Shown here in pieces: positions 1 to 9,161 of a stretch of DNA of 64,000 bases (the first letter of the stretch is position 1; every line of letters starts with the position of its first letter). The position numbers and the translations under genes are program-made. A model generated the notes under the pieces. It did not search any database. It worked only from the letters and a program-made list of their open reading frames with translations, and had not been told where the DNA came from. Origin of the DNA: Anaeramoeba ignava BMAN (Eukaryota; Protista; Anaeramoebae); contig JAPDFW010000081.1 in NCBI GenBank assembly GCA_028826165.1, positions 310,001-374,000 on the forward strand, in the 5' to 3' direction.

Positions 1-204
1 GAAGAAAATAAATATTATTATGTTTCTCCTGATGAAACAATTCAAGATTTAAAAATTCAAATTGAAAAAGTTGAAAATATTCCAAATCAAAATCAAATAT
101 TATTATTTAATAATAAAATTTTAGAAAATGAAAAACAATTCAATTATTTTATTCAAAAAAAAGAAGATTATGGGAAAATTATTAATTTATTTCTTAAATT
201 TTAA
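1..204 (+). CDS. 3' end of multi-ubiquitin-like-domain protein (partial; near-identical copy of 6733-6935)
   Basis: Frame 1 reads EENKYYYVSPDETIQDLKIQIEKVENIPNQNQILLFNNKILENEKQFNYF...LFLKF* (ubiquitin-fold pattern; TAA 202-204). DNA nearly identical to 6732-6990. Confidence 0.75.
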   Translation, partial: EENKYYYVSPDETIQDLKIQIEKVENIPNQNQILLFNNKILENEKQFNYFIQKKEDYGKIINLFLKF

Positions 205-288
205 TTCAAAAAATCTAATTAAATAAAAATTCAAAATAATTTTTCATTTTTTCATTTTTTTCATTTTTTCATTTTTTTCTTTTCAAAA

Positions 289-2157
289 ATGAATGATTGT
301 TTATTTTTTGGTGCAAATCAATTACCAAAACTTTTCAAAAATGAACCAGATAAAATAACAAAACCAATTCAATTTAAATTTGAAAATGAAAATGAAAATG
401 AAAATGAAAATGAAAATGAAAAACAAAATGAAAATGAAAATGAAAATGAAAATGAAAAACAAATTAAACAAATTTCATCAGGAAATTTTTCAACAATTTT
501 CCTTTTTGAAAATGGAAAAGCAATAGAATATTCAAGTCAAAATGATTCAAAACAAAATCCTAAAAAAATCCAAATTGAAGAAAATATTCAAAAAGTAACT
601 GTTGGTGGTTGGAATGAAGCTATTTTAACAATAGAAGGAAATGCATTTGCAAAAGGAGAAAATATTAATCTAAAAAATCCAAATGAATTTATCAATATTT
701 CATCATTAATTGAAGATAAAAATGATAGAATAATTCAAGATATTGTTTCTGGAAGATTTTCAATTTATTTATTAACTTCAAATCAAAATGTTTATGGAAT
801 TGGTTCAAATTATTATGGTCAACTTGGTTTTGATTTTGAAACACTTAAAAAAACAGAAAAACCAATTTTAATGATGAAAAATGTTTCTAAAATATTTTCA
901 GGAACTGGTTCACTTCATATTTTTCTTTTAAATTCAAATAAAGAATTATTTGGATGCGGAGATAATGAATTTGGTCAACTTGGATTAGGAGAATCAATAA
1001 AAGATGAAACAAGAATTAAAAAATTAACCAAAATCCAAAATATTCCAAAAGGCAAAATAATTGATATTCAATGTGGAATTATTTATTCAATAATGTTGAT
1101 TGAAAATGAAAATCAAAATCCAAAAAGAAAACTTTATTCATGTGGATATTATTCATTTAATGGACTTGGCAAAAATGAAGATATTTATGAATTTACTGAA
1201 ATCAAATCATCTTTATTTGAAAATGATGATATTCTTGATTTTTCTGTTGGATTTACTCATACTTTGATTTTAATTTCCAAAGGTAAATTAATTGGATTTG
1301 GAAACAATTCTTATGGCCAATTAGGAACTGGAGATACAAAATCTCAAAGAATTCCAATTCAAATTGAACTTCCTGAATTAAGATTTAATGAAGAAATTTT
1401 CAATTATCATATTTCTTGTGGATATTACAAATCATTTCTTTATTATTCTCCTCTTTCTTTTTCCAATCTTGAAGAAGATTTGATAAAATTATTTAGAAGA
1501 AAAGAATTTTGTGATATTTCATTTAAAACCAAAAATGGAGAAATAATCAAAGCTCATAAATTAATATTAAATTATAGATTAAATCAAGATCAAAATGAAA
1601 TTGAAAAACTTCAAGAAATTATTTCAAAAAAATCAATTAAAGAATCAAATCAAATATTTGAAATGATTTATTCAAATAATTCCAAAATAAATCCAAAATT
1701 ATATTCAGAAATTAAAGAAATTATAAATTCTAATGAAAAAATTGAAGAAACAATGAAAAGAATTTATGAAAATGAAAATGAAAAAGATTTTATTATTGAA
1801 AGAAAAGAAAAAAAATATAAATTCCCTAAATTAATATTAATAATGAGAAGTGAATTATATCGAGGAATGTTTTTATCTGTAACAGAAGATAAATCTAATA
1901 AAGTTACAGATTATAGTGAATTAAGTAATAAATCATTTCAAATATTAGAATATTGGATTTATTCAAATCAAATTAAAGAAGATATTCAAATTACACAAGA
2001 AATAATTGATGAAATTGAAATTGGAATTGATTATTTTCAATTAAATCAAACAAATCCAAATTTAATAATCAAAATTAAAATTAAAATTAAAATTAAAATT
2101 AAAATTAAAATTAAAATTATTTTTCATTTTTTCATTTTTTTTCTTTTTAAAAAATGA
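289..2157 (+). CDS. RCC1-repeat beta-propeller + tandem BTB/POZ-like domain protein, copy 1 (C-terminus altered by a 25-nt deletion)
   Basis: RCC1 blades (GSNYYGQLG, GDNEFGQLGLG, GNNSYGQLGTG, SVGFTHTL). BTB-like motifs FCDISFKTKNGEIIKAHKLIL and KDFII...FPKLILIMRSELYRGMF...YWIYS. The normal end LINKFNNQN* is lost. Confidence 0.85.
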   Translation: MNDCLFFGANQLPKLFKNEPDKITKPIQFKFENENENENENENEKQNENENENENEKQIKQISSGNFSTIFLFENGKAIEYSSQNDSKQNPKKIQIEENIQKVTVGGWNEAILTIEGNAFAKGENINLKNPNEFINISSLIEDKNDRIIQDIVSGRFSIYLLTSNQNVYGIGSNYYGQLGFDFETLKKTEKPILMMKNVSKIFSGTGSLHIFLLNSNKELFGCGDNEFGQLGLGESIKDETRIKKLTKIQNIPKGKIIDIQCGIIYSIMLIENENQNPKRKLYSCGYYSFNGLGKNEDIYEFTEIKSSLFENDDILDFSVGFTHTLILISKGKLIGFGNNSYGQLGTGDTKSQRIPIQIELPELRFNEEIFNYHISCGYYKSFLYYSPLSFSNLEEDLIKLFRRKEFCDISFKTKNGEIIKAHKLILNYRLNQDQNEIEKLQEIISKKSIKESNQIFEMIYSNNSKINPKLYSEIKEIINSNEKIEETMKRIYENENEKDFIIERKEKKYKFPKLILIMRSELYRGMFLSVTEDKSNKVTDYSELSNKSFQILEYWIYSNQIKEDIQITQEIIDEIEIGIDYFQLNQTNPNLIIKIKIKIKIKIKIKIKIIFHFFIFFLFKK

Positions 2158-3939
2158 ATGATTGTATATTTTTTGGTGACAATGATTTTCCAAAACTTTT
2201 CAAAAATGAACCAAAAAAAATAACAAAACCAATTCAATTTAAATTTGAAAATGAAAATGAAAATGAAAATGAAAATGAAAATGAAAAACAAATTAAACAA
2301 ATTTCAACAGGTCATTTTTCAACAATTTTCCTTTTTAAAAATGGAAAAGCAATAGAATATTTAAGTGGAAATGATTCAATCAAAAATCCTGAAAAAATCC
2401 AAATTGAAGAAAATATTCAAAAAGTATCTGTTGGTTTGCAAAATGAAGCTATTTTAACAAAAGAAGGAAATGTATTTGCCAAAGGATATGATATTAATCT
2501 AAAAAATCCAAAAGAATTTATCAATATTTCATCATTAATTGAAGATAAAAATGATAGAGTAATTGAAGATATTGTTTCTGGAAACCGTACAATTTATTTA
2601 TTAACTTCAAATCAAAATGTTTATGGAATTGGTTCAAATTATTATGGACAACTTGGTTTTGATTCTAAAACACTTCCAAAAACAGAAAAACCAATTTTAA
2701 TGATGGAAAATGTTTCTAAAATATTTTCAGGAACTGGTTCACTTCATATTTTTCTTTTAAATTCAAATCAAGAATTATTTGGATGCGGAAATAATCTTTA
2801 TGGCCAACTTGGATTAGGAGAATCAAAAAAAGAAGAAACAAAAATTCAAAAATTAACTCAAATCCAAAATATTCCAAAAGGCAAAATAATTGATATTCAA
2901 TGTGGAAGTATTTATTCAATAATATTGATTGAAAATGAAGATGAAAATCAAAATCCAAAAAGAAAATTTTATTCATGTGGGTATTACCAATATAATGGAC
3001 TTGGCAAAAATGAAAATACTTACGAATTTACTGAAATTAAATCATTTTTATTTGAAAATGATGATATTCTTGATTTTTCTGTTGGAAATACTCATACTTT
3101 GATTTTAATTTCCAAACCAAAATTAATAGGATTTGGAAACAATTCTTATGGCCAATTAGGAACTGGAGATACAAAATCTCAAAGAATTCCAATTCAAATT
3201 GAACTTCTTGAATTAAGATTTAATGAAGAAATTTTCAATTATCATATTTCTTGTGGATATTACAAATCATTTCTTTATTATTCTCCTCTTTCTTTTTCCA
3301 ATCTTGAAGAAGATTTGATAAAATTATTTAGAAGAAAAGAATTTTGTGATATTTCATTTAAAACAGAAAATGGAGAAATAATTGAAGCTCATAAATTAAT
3401 ATTGAAATATAGATTAAATCAAAATCAAAATGAAATTGAAAAACTTCAAGAAATTATTTCAAAAAAATCAATTAAAGAATCAAATCAAATATTTGAAATG
3501 ATTTATTCAAACAATTCCAAAATAAATCCAAAATTATATTCAGAAATTAAAGAAATTATAAATTCTAAATGAAAAAATTGAAGAAACAATGAAAAGAATT
3601 TATTTAAATGAAAATGAAAAAGATTTTATAATTGAAAGAAAAGAAAAAAAATATAAATTTCCTAAATTAATATTAATAATGAGAAGTGAATTATATCGAG
3701 GAATGTTTTTATCTGTAACAGAAGATAAATCTAATAAAGTTACAGATTATAGTGAATTAAGTAATAAATCATTTCAAATATTAGAATATTGGATTTATTC
3801 AAATCAAATTAAAGATGAAATTCAAATTACACAAGAAATAATTGATGAAATTGAAATTGGAATTGATTATTTTCAATTAAATCAAACAAATCCAAATTTA
3901 ATTGATTTATTAATTAACAAATTTAATAATCAAAATTAA
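2154..3939 (+). CDS. RCC1-BTB-BTB protein, copy 2 (one extra A near 3567; frameshifted pseudogene or sequencing error)
   Basis: ORFs 2154-3572 and 3589-3939 are colinear with copy 3. The sequence reads TCTAAATGAAAAA where copies 1 and 3 read TCTAATGAAAAA. Confidence 0.8.
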
Positions 3940-4226
3940 AATCAAAATTAAAATTAAAATTAAAATTAAAATTAAAATTTAAATTAAAATTAAAATTAAA
4001 ATTAAAATTAAAATTAAAATTTAAAATTAAAATCAAAATTAAAATTAAAATTAAAATTAAAATTAAAATTAAAATTAAAATTTAAATCAAAATCAAAATC
4101 AAAATTAAAATTAAAATTAAAATCAAAATTAAAATCAAAATCTAAATTAAAATTAATAATTAAAATCAAAATCAAAATCAAAATCAAAATTAAAATTAAA
4201 ATTCCAAAATTAAAATTAAAATTAAA
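3937..4226. repeat. (AAATTA/AAATCA)n hexamer microsatellite, intergenic
   Basis: Direct tandem hexamers starting at the stop codon of copy 2; shorter versions at 2070-2118 and 6044-6172. Confidence 0.9.
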
Positions 4227-4264
4227 ATTATTTTTCATTTTTTCATTTTTTTTCTTTTTAAAAA

Positions 4265-6049
4265 ATGAATGATTGTATATTTTTTGGTGACAATAATTAT
4301 CCAAAACTTTTCAAAAATGAACAAAATGAAATAAAAAAACCAATTCAATTTAAATTTGAAAATGAAAATGAAAATGAAAATGAAAAGCAAATTAAACAAA
4401 TTTCATCAGGAAATTATTCAACAATTTTCCTTTTTAAAAATGGAAAAGCAATAGAACATTTAAATGAAAATTATTCAAAACAAAATTCTAAAAAAATCCA
4501 AATTGAAGAAAATATTCAAAAAGTAACTGTTGGTGTTGGAAATGAAGCTATTTTAACAAAAGAAGGAAATGTATTTGCCAAAGAAAAAGATATTAATCCA
4601 AAAAATCCAAAAGAATTTATCAATATTTCATCATTGATTGAAGATAAAAATGATAGAATAATTGAAGATATTGTTTCTGGACACAATTCAATTTATTTAT
4701 TAACTTCAAATCAAAATGCTTATGGAATTGGTGCAAATTTTAATGGTCAACTTGGTTTTGATTCTAAAACACTTAAAAAAACAGAAAAACCAATTTTAAT
4801 GATGAAAAATGTTTCTAAAATATTTTCAGGAAATACTTCACAACATGTTTTTCTTTTAAATCCAAATCAAGAATTATTTGGATGCGGGTTAAATATATAT
4901 GGTCAACTTGGATTAGGAGAATCAAGAAAAGAAGAAAAAAGAATAAAAAAATTAACCAAAATCCAAAATATTCCAAAAGGCAAAATAATTGATATTCAAT
5001 GTGGAAATATTTATTCAATAATGTTAATTGAAAATCAAAATCAAAATGAAAACCGAAATCCAAAAAGAAAACTTTATTCATGCGGAAGATGTGATTATAA
5101 TGGACTTGGCAAAAACGAAGATGAAGATACTTATGAATTTACTGAAATTAAATCATCTTTATTTGAAAATGATGATATTCTTGATTTTTCTGTTGGAAAT
5201 ACTCATACTTTGATTTTAACTTCCAATTCAAAATTAATTGGATTTGGAAATAATTCTTATGGTCAATTAGGAACTGGAGATACAAAATCTCAAAGAATTC
5301 CAATTCAAATTGAACTTCCTGAATTAAGATTTAATGAAGAAATTTTCAATTATCATATTTCTTGTGGATATTACAAATCATTTCTTTATTATTCTCCTTC
5401 TTCTTTTTCTAATATTGAAGAAGATTTGATAAAATTATTTAGAAGAAAAGAATTTTGTGATATTTCATTTAAAACAGAAAATGGAGAAATAATTAAAGCT
5501 CATAAATTAATATTAAAATATAGATTAAATCAAAATCAAAATGAAATTGAAAAACTTCAAGAAATTATTTCAAAAAAATCAATTAAAGAATCAAATCAAA
5601 TATTTGAAATGATTTATTCAAACAATTCCAAAATAAATCCAAAATTATATTCAGAAATTAAAGAAATTATAAATTCTAATGAAAAAATTGAAGAAACAAT
5701 GAAAAGAATTTATTTAAATGAAAATGAAAAAGATTTTATAATTGAAAGAAAAGAAAAAAAATATAAATTCCCTAAATTAATATTAATAATGAGAAGTGAA
5801 TTATATCGAGGAATGTTTTTATCTGTAACAGAAGATACTTCTAATAAAGTTACAGATTATAGTGAATTAAGTAATAAATCATTTCAAATATTTGAATATT
5901 GGATTTATTCAAATCAAATTAAAGAAGATATTCAAATTACACAAGAAATCATTGATGAAATTAAAATTGGAATTGATTATTTTCAATTAAATCAAACAAA
6001 TCCAAATTTATTTGATTTATTAATTAAAAAATTTAATAATCAAAATTAA
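4265..6049 (+). CDS. RCC1-BTB-BTB protein, copy 3 (intact, 594 aa)
   Basis: Uninterrupted ORF with RCC1 repeats and two C-terminal BTB-like domains; paralog of 289 and 2154. Confidence 0.9.
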   Translation: MNDCIFFGDNNYPKLFKNEQNEIKKPIQFKFENENENENEKQIKQISSGNYSTIFLFKNGKAIEHLNENYSKQNSKKIQIEENIQKVTVGVGNEAILTKEGNVFAKEKDINPKNPKEFINISSLIEDKNDRIIEDIVSGHNSIYLLTSNQNAYGIGANFNGQLGFDSKTLKKTEKPILMMKNVSKIFSGNTSQHVFLLNPNQELFGCGLNIYGQLGLGESRKEEKRIKKLTKIQNIPKGKIIDIQCGNIYSIMLIENQNQNENRNPKRKLYSCGRCDYNGLGKNEDEDTYEFTEIKSSLFENDDILDFSVGNTHTLILTSNSKLIGFGNNSYGQLGTGDTKSQRIPIQIELPELRFNEEIFNYHISCGYYKSFLYYSPSSFSNIEEDLIKLFRRKEFCDISFKTENGEIIKAHKLILKYRLNQNQNEIEKLQEIISKKSIKESNQIFEMIYSNNSKINPKLYSEIKEIINSNEKIEETMKRIYLNENEKDFIIERKEKKYKFPKLILIMRSELYRGMFLSVTEDTSNKVTDYSELSNKSFQIFEYWIYSNQIKEDIQITQEIIDEIKIGIDYFQLNQTNPNLFDLLIKKFNNQN

Positions 6050-6226
6050 AATTAAAATTAAAATTAAAATTAAAATCAAAATCAAAATTAAAATCAAAAT
6101 CAAAATTAAAATTAAAATCAAAATTAAAATTAAAATCTAAATTAAAATTAATAATTAAAATCAAAATTAAAATTTTTTCATTTTTTCATTTTTCATTTTT
6201 CATTTTTTTGAATTAAATTTATTAAA

Positions 6227-6935
6227 ATGTTGCTTTATATTCGAACTTTATCTGGTCAAACAATAAAGGTTGATATCTATCCAAGTGAAACAATTAAATA
6301 TCTTAAAGAAAAAATTGGAGAAGAAAAAAAAGAATGGGATCCAGATTGTTTATTATTAATTTTTGCAGGAAAACTTTTAGAAAATGATAAAATTATCAGT
6401 GATTATAATATCTCAAAAAATTCTAGTATTCATGTTATTCAATCTTTTGATAAAATTGTTTATATTAATATTTTTCATCCAATTAAAAGAGTTTTACCAC
6501 TTTTTCGAGGTTCTTTCAGCCCAAATTTACAAATTCTAGTTTTTGAAAATACACTCCAAGATATTTTAGCAAAAATATCACTAAAAAAATATGAAATTGA
6601 AGGAACAAGTTTAATCTATGAAGGAAAAAGACTCGAATATAATAAAAAATTATCTTATTATCAAAAATCAAATGAAAATCCTTCACTTGATATTTTTTCA
6701 TTAATTAAAATTAATATTAAAAAGATTAAACGAAGAAAATAAATATTATTATGTTTCTCCTGATGAAACAATTCAAGATTTAAAAATTCAAATTGAAAAA
6801 GTTGAAAATATTCCAAATCAAAATCAAATATTATTATTTAATAATAAAATTTTAGAAAATGAAAAACAATTTAATTATTTTATTCAAAAAAAAGAAGATT
6901 ATGGGAAAATTATTAATTTATTTCTTAAATTTTAA
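6227..6935 (+). CDS. Protein with about three ubiquitin-like domains (+1 frameshift near 6720-6740)
   Basis: The N-terminus MLLYIRTLSGQTIKVDIYPSETIKYLKEKI...LLIFAGKLLENDKIISDYNISKNSSIHVI is ubiquitin-like. The next frame continues RLNEENKYYYVSPDETIQDLK...LKF* (TAA 6933-6935), matching positions 1-204. No C-terminal GG. Confidence 0.75.
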
Positions 6936-7100
6936 TTCAAAAAATCTAATCAAATAAAAATTCAAAATAATTTTTCATTTTTTTCATTTTTTCATTTTTT
7001 TTCTTTAACAAATTTCAAAAAGTAAAATTATTTTTTTTTTCTTTTATAAAATTTATTCCTAATTAATATCATTTTTATAAACTTTTTCCCTTTAGAATCA

Positions 7101-7940
7101 ATGTCATCCGCACGATTTTATGAAGAACTTGGAAATCAAAGTCAAAAAATATTAACGGCACACAAAAAAAAAAGCGCCATTTCAATTGAAACAAAAACAA
7201 GAAACGGAATCAAAGTCAAATCAGAAATAACAGCTGAAAAGAACAAAGATAAATATGACTTTGACTCAATAATAACGGGAGAATACGCAGCACAAGAAAT
7301 TGCGAAATTGACAACTACATTTTCTTCAGACAAAATAGCTACATCAAAACTGATGATGAGAGATAATTTTCTAAAAGGATTACGGATCGAGATTTCCGCA
7401 CGAAACAAACCAGAAGAAGGGAAAATCAAGGCATATTATCAAAATCAATACATTTCAACTTCGCTAGATCAAGATTTTTACAAACCCAATTGTGCCGTTA
7501 CATTGTCAACAGGAATTTTGCCTTTTTCTGCCGGTTTTCAATCCAAAATGGATCTCAAAAACAAGAAAATTGACGAAATCAATTGCATTGCTGAATTGAA
7601 ACTTGATTCATTTACAACTGAATTACATTCCAAAAACATTAAAGATGTTCTTGGCTTTTCTGTTTATTTAAATCCTGTTCCTGATCTTGAACTTGCTGGT
7701 GCAATCAGTAGAAATTTTATACAAAAGGAAACTGATGCTCATCTTGCTTGTCAGTTTAAAGTTTCTGAAACTAATAAAATTAAGACATCAATTGATAAGG
7801 ATTTGCATCTTCAATTTGCTGTTGAAAATCATTTCTTTAATTGGGTTGATCTTGAATTGTCTTCTCAACTGAATTTGAAAAACATTAAAGATGTTAAAGA
7901 GCATGATGTTGCTGTTCGTTTGAATATAAAAGCTCTTTGA
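7101..7940 (+). CDS. VDAC: VDAC-type (porin-3 family) outer-membrane beta-barrel of a mitochondrion or mitochondrion-related organelle
   Basis: 279 aa; N-terminal amphipathic helix FYEELGNQSQKIL (cf. YxDLGKxAxDL); alternating beta-strand pattern; C-terminal beta-signal-like VAVRLNIKA. Confidence 0.7.
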   Translation: MSSARFYEELGNQSQKILTAHKKKSAISIETKTRNGIKVKSEITAEKNKDKYDFDSIITGEYAAQEIAKLTTTFSSDKIATSKLMMRDNFLKGLRIEISARNKPEEGKIKAYYQNQYISTSLDQDFYKPNCAVTLSTGILPFSAGFQSKMDLKNKKIDEINCIAELKLDSFTTELHSKNIKDVLGFSVYLNPVPDLELAGAISRNFIQKETDAHLACQFKVSETNKIKTSIDKDLHLQFAVENHFFNWVDLELSSQLNLKNIKDVKEHDVAVRLNIKAL

Positions 7941-7943
7941 TTT

Positions 7944-8219
7944 ATTCAAATTCAAAATCAAATTCAAATTCAAATTCAAATTCAAAATTAAATTCAAAAT
8001 TCAAATTCAAATTCAAAATTCAAATTTAAATTCAAATTCAAAATTCAAATTTAAATTCAAATCAAATTCAAAATTCAAATTCAAAATTAAATTAAAATTC
8101 AAATTCAAAATTCAAATTTAAATTCAAATTCAAAATTCAAATTTAAATTCAAATTCAAAATTCAAATTCAAAATTAAATTAAAATTCAATTTAAATTCAA
8201 ATTCAAAATTAAATTCAAA
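7944..8219. repeat. (TTCAAA/TTCAAAA)n microsatellite between convergent genes
   Basis: Direct 6-7-mer tandem repeats. Confidence 0.85.
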
Positions 8220-8329
8220 AAAGTAGTTTTTTTAAATGGAAAAATTCTTTTTTCATTTGAAAGATTTTAATTAAACAAATTCCTTTATTTTCCATTTATT
8301 TCATTATTTTAAATTTATTTATTTTAAAT

Positions 8330-8986
8330 TTATTTTATATTTAATTTATATTCTTCAAATTCTTTTTCTGTAAAAAAATTTGTTCCTTTTTCTAATTGAA
8401 AATTTTGTTTTGAATCTAAATGTTTTTCTTTTCGAAGTAAAATAATTCCAATAAATCCTTTTTCATAAGGATCTTCAATTAAAAGATTTGGATTTTTAAT
8501 TAAATTTTCATTTCTTTCACAAAGTGTTCCATAAACTAAACTAAAAATTGGAATTGTTTTCTCATTTGATAATTTAATTTCACAAATTATAGTTTCAGGA
8601 GTTACAAATAATTTTTCATCTTTTTTTTTGGGAATTTTAAATTTAAAATTTAAACTGAATTTTTCATTTAAAATTTTAATTTTGAATTTATTTTACTTTT
8701 TTTCTTTTTGTTTTTCTGCTTAAAATTTTGTTTTTCTGATTTTAAAATTGGAAAAGAAATTGTAAAATTTTCAAGTTTTGATTTAAAAATTTGATGAGTT
8801 TCAGTTAAACCAATTACAACAATTCTAAATTAAATAATTAAATAAATAATTTAATAATTTAAATAAATAATTTAATTACGAATTTGGATGAAGATATAAA
8901 TATTGATCTAAATTTTCTTTTTCATCTTTTTTAAAATGATAAAAATGTTGAAAATTTCTTTGAATATAAGTTGAAGGAAAATTCAT
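8330..8986 (-). CDS. ABITRAM: ABITRAM/FAM206A (Simiate)-family protein, 3 exons (8986-8880, 8824-8697, 8619-8330), ~174 aa
   Basis: Spliced translation MNFPSTYIQRNFQHFY...QYLYLHPNSIVVIGLTETHQ...LFVTPETIICEIKL...YGTLCERNENLIKNPNLLIEDPYEKGFIGIIL matches family motifs (HSNRICVITLAESHP; GRLMEVNENIL..P.IL...P..EGYIAVVL). The GT-AG introns of 55 and 77 nt keep the frame. Confidence 0.8.
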
Positions 8987-9161
8987 TTTAAAGAAAAAAA
9001 AAGAAAAAAAGAAAAAAATGAAGAAATTCTTTTCAAAAAAAAATTTTTTGTTATTAAAAAAATCAATCAAAAAAATTAAAAATTCAAACAAAAACACTCT
9101 ACAATTACTTAAAAGAAAAAAGAAAGAAAGAAAGAAAAAAAAAAAAAAGTCAACAAACGAG

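Noticed and set aside
289-6049. Diversity-generating retroelement as the source of RCC1 variation
   Set aside because: No reverse transcriptase or template repeat in the window, and the changes are not adenine-restricted.
3567-6742. Euplotes-like programmed +1 frameshifting at AAA-stop (AAA TGA at 3567, AAA TAA at 6737)
   Set aside because: Paralogs simply lack the extra A, other breaks need -1 shifts or lack the motif, and AAA before a stop is expected by chance at this AT content.
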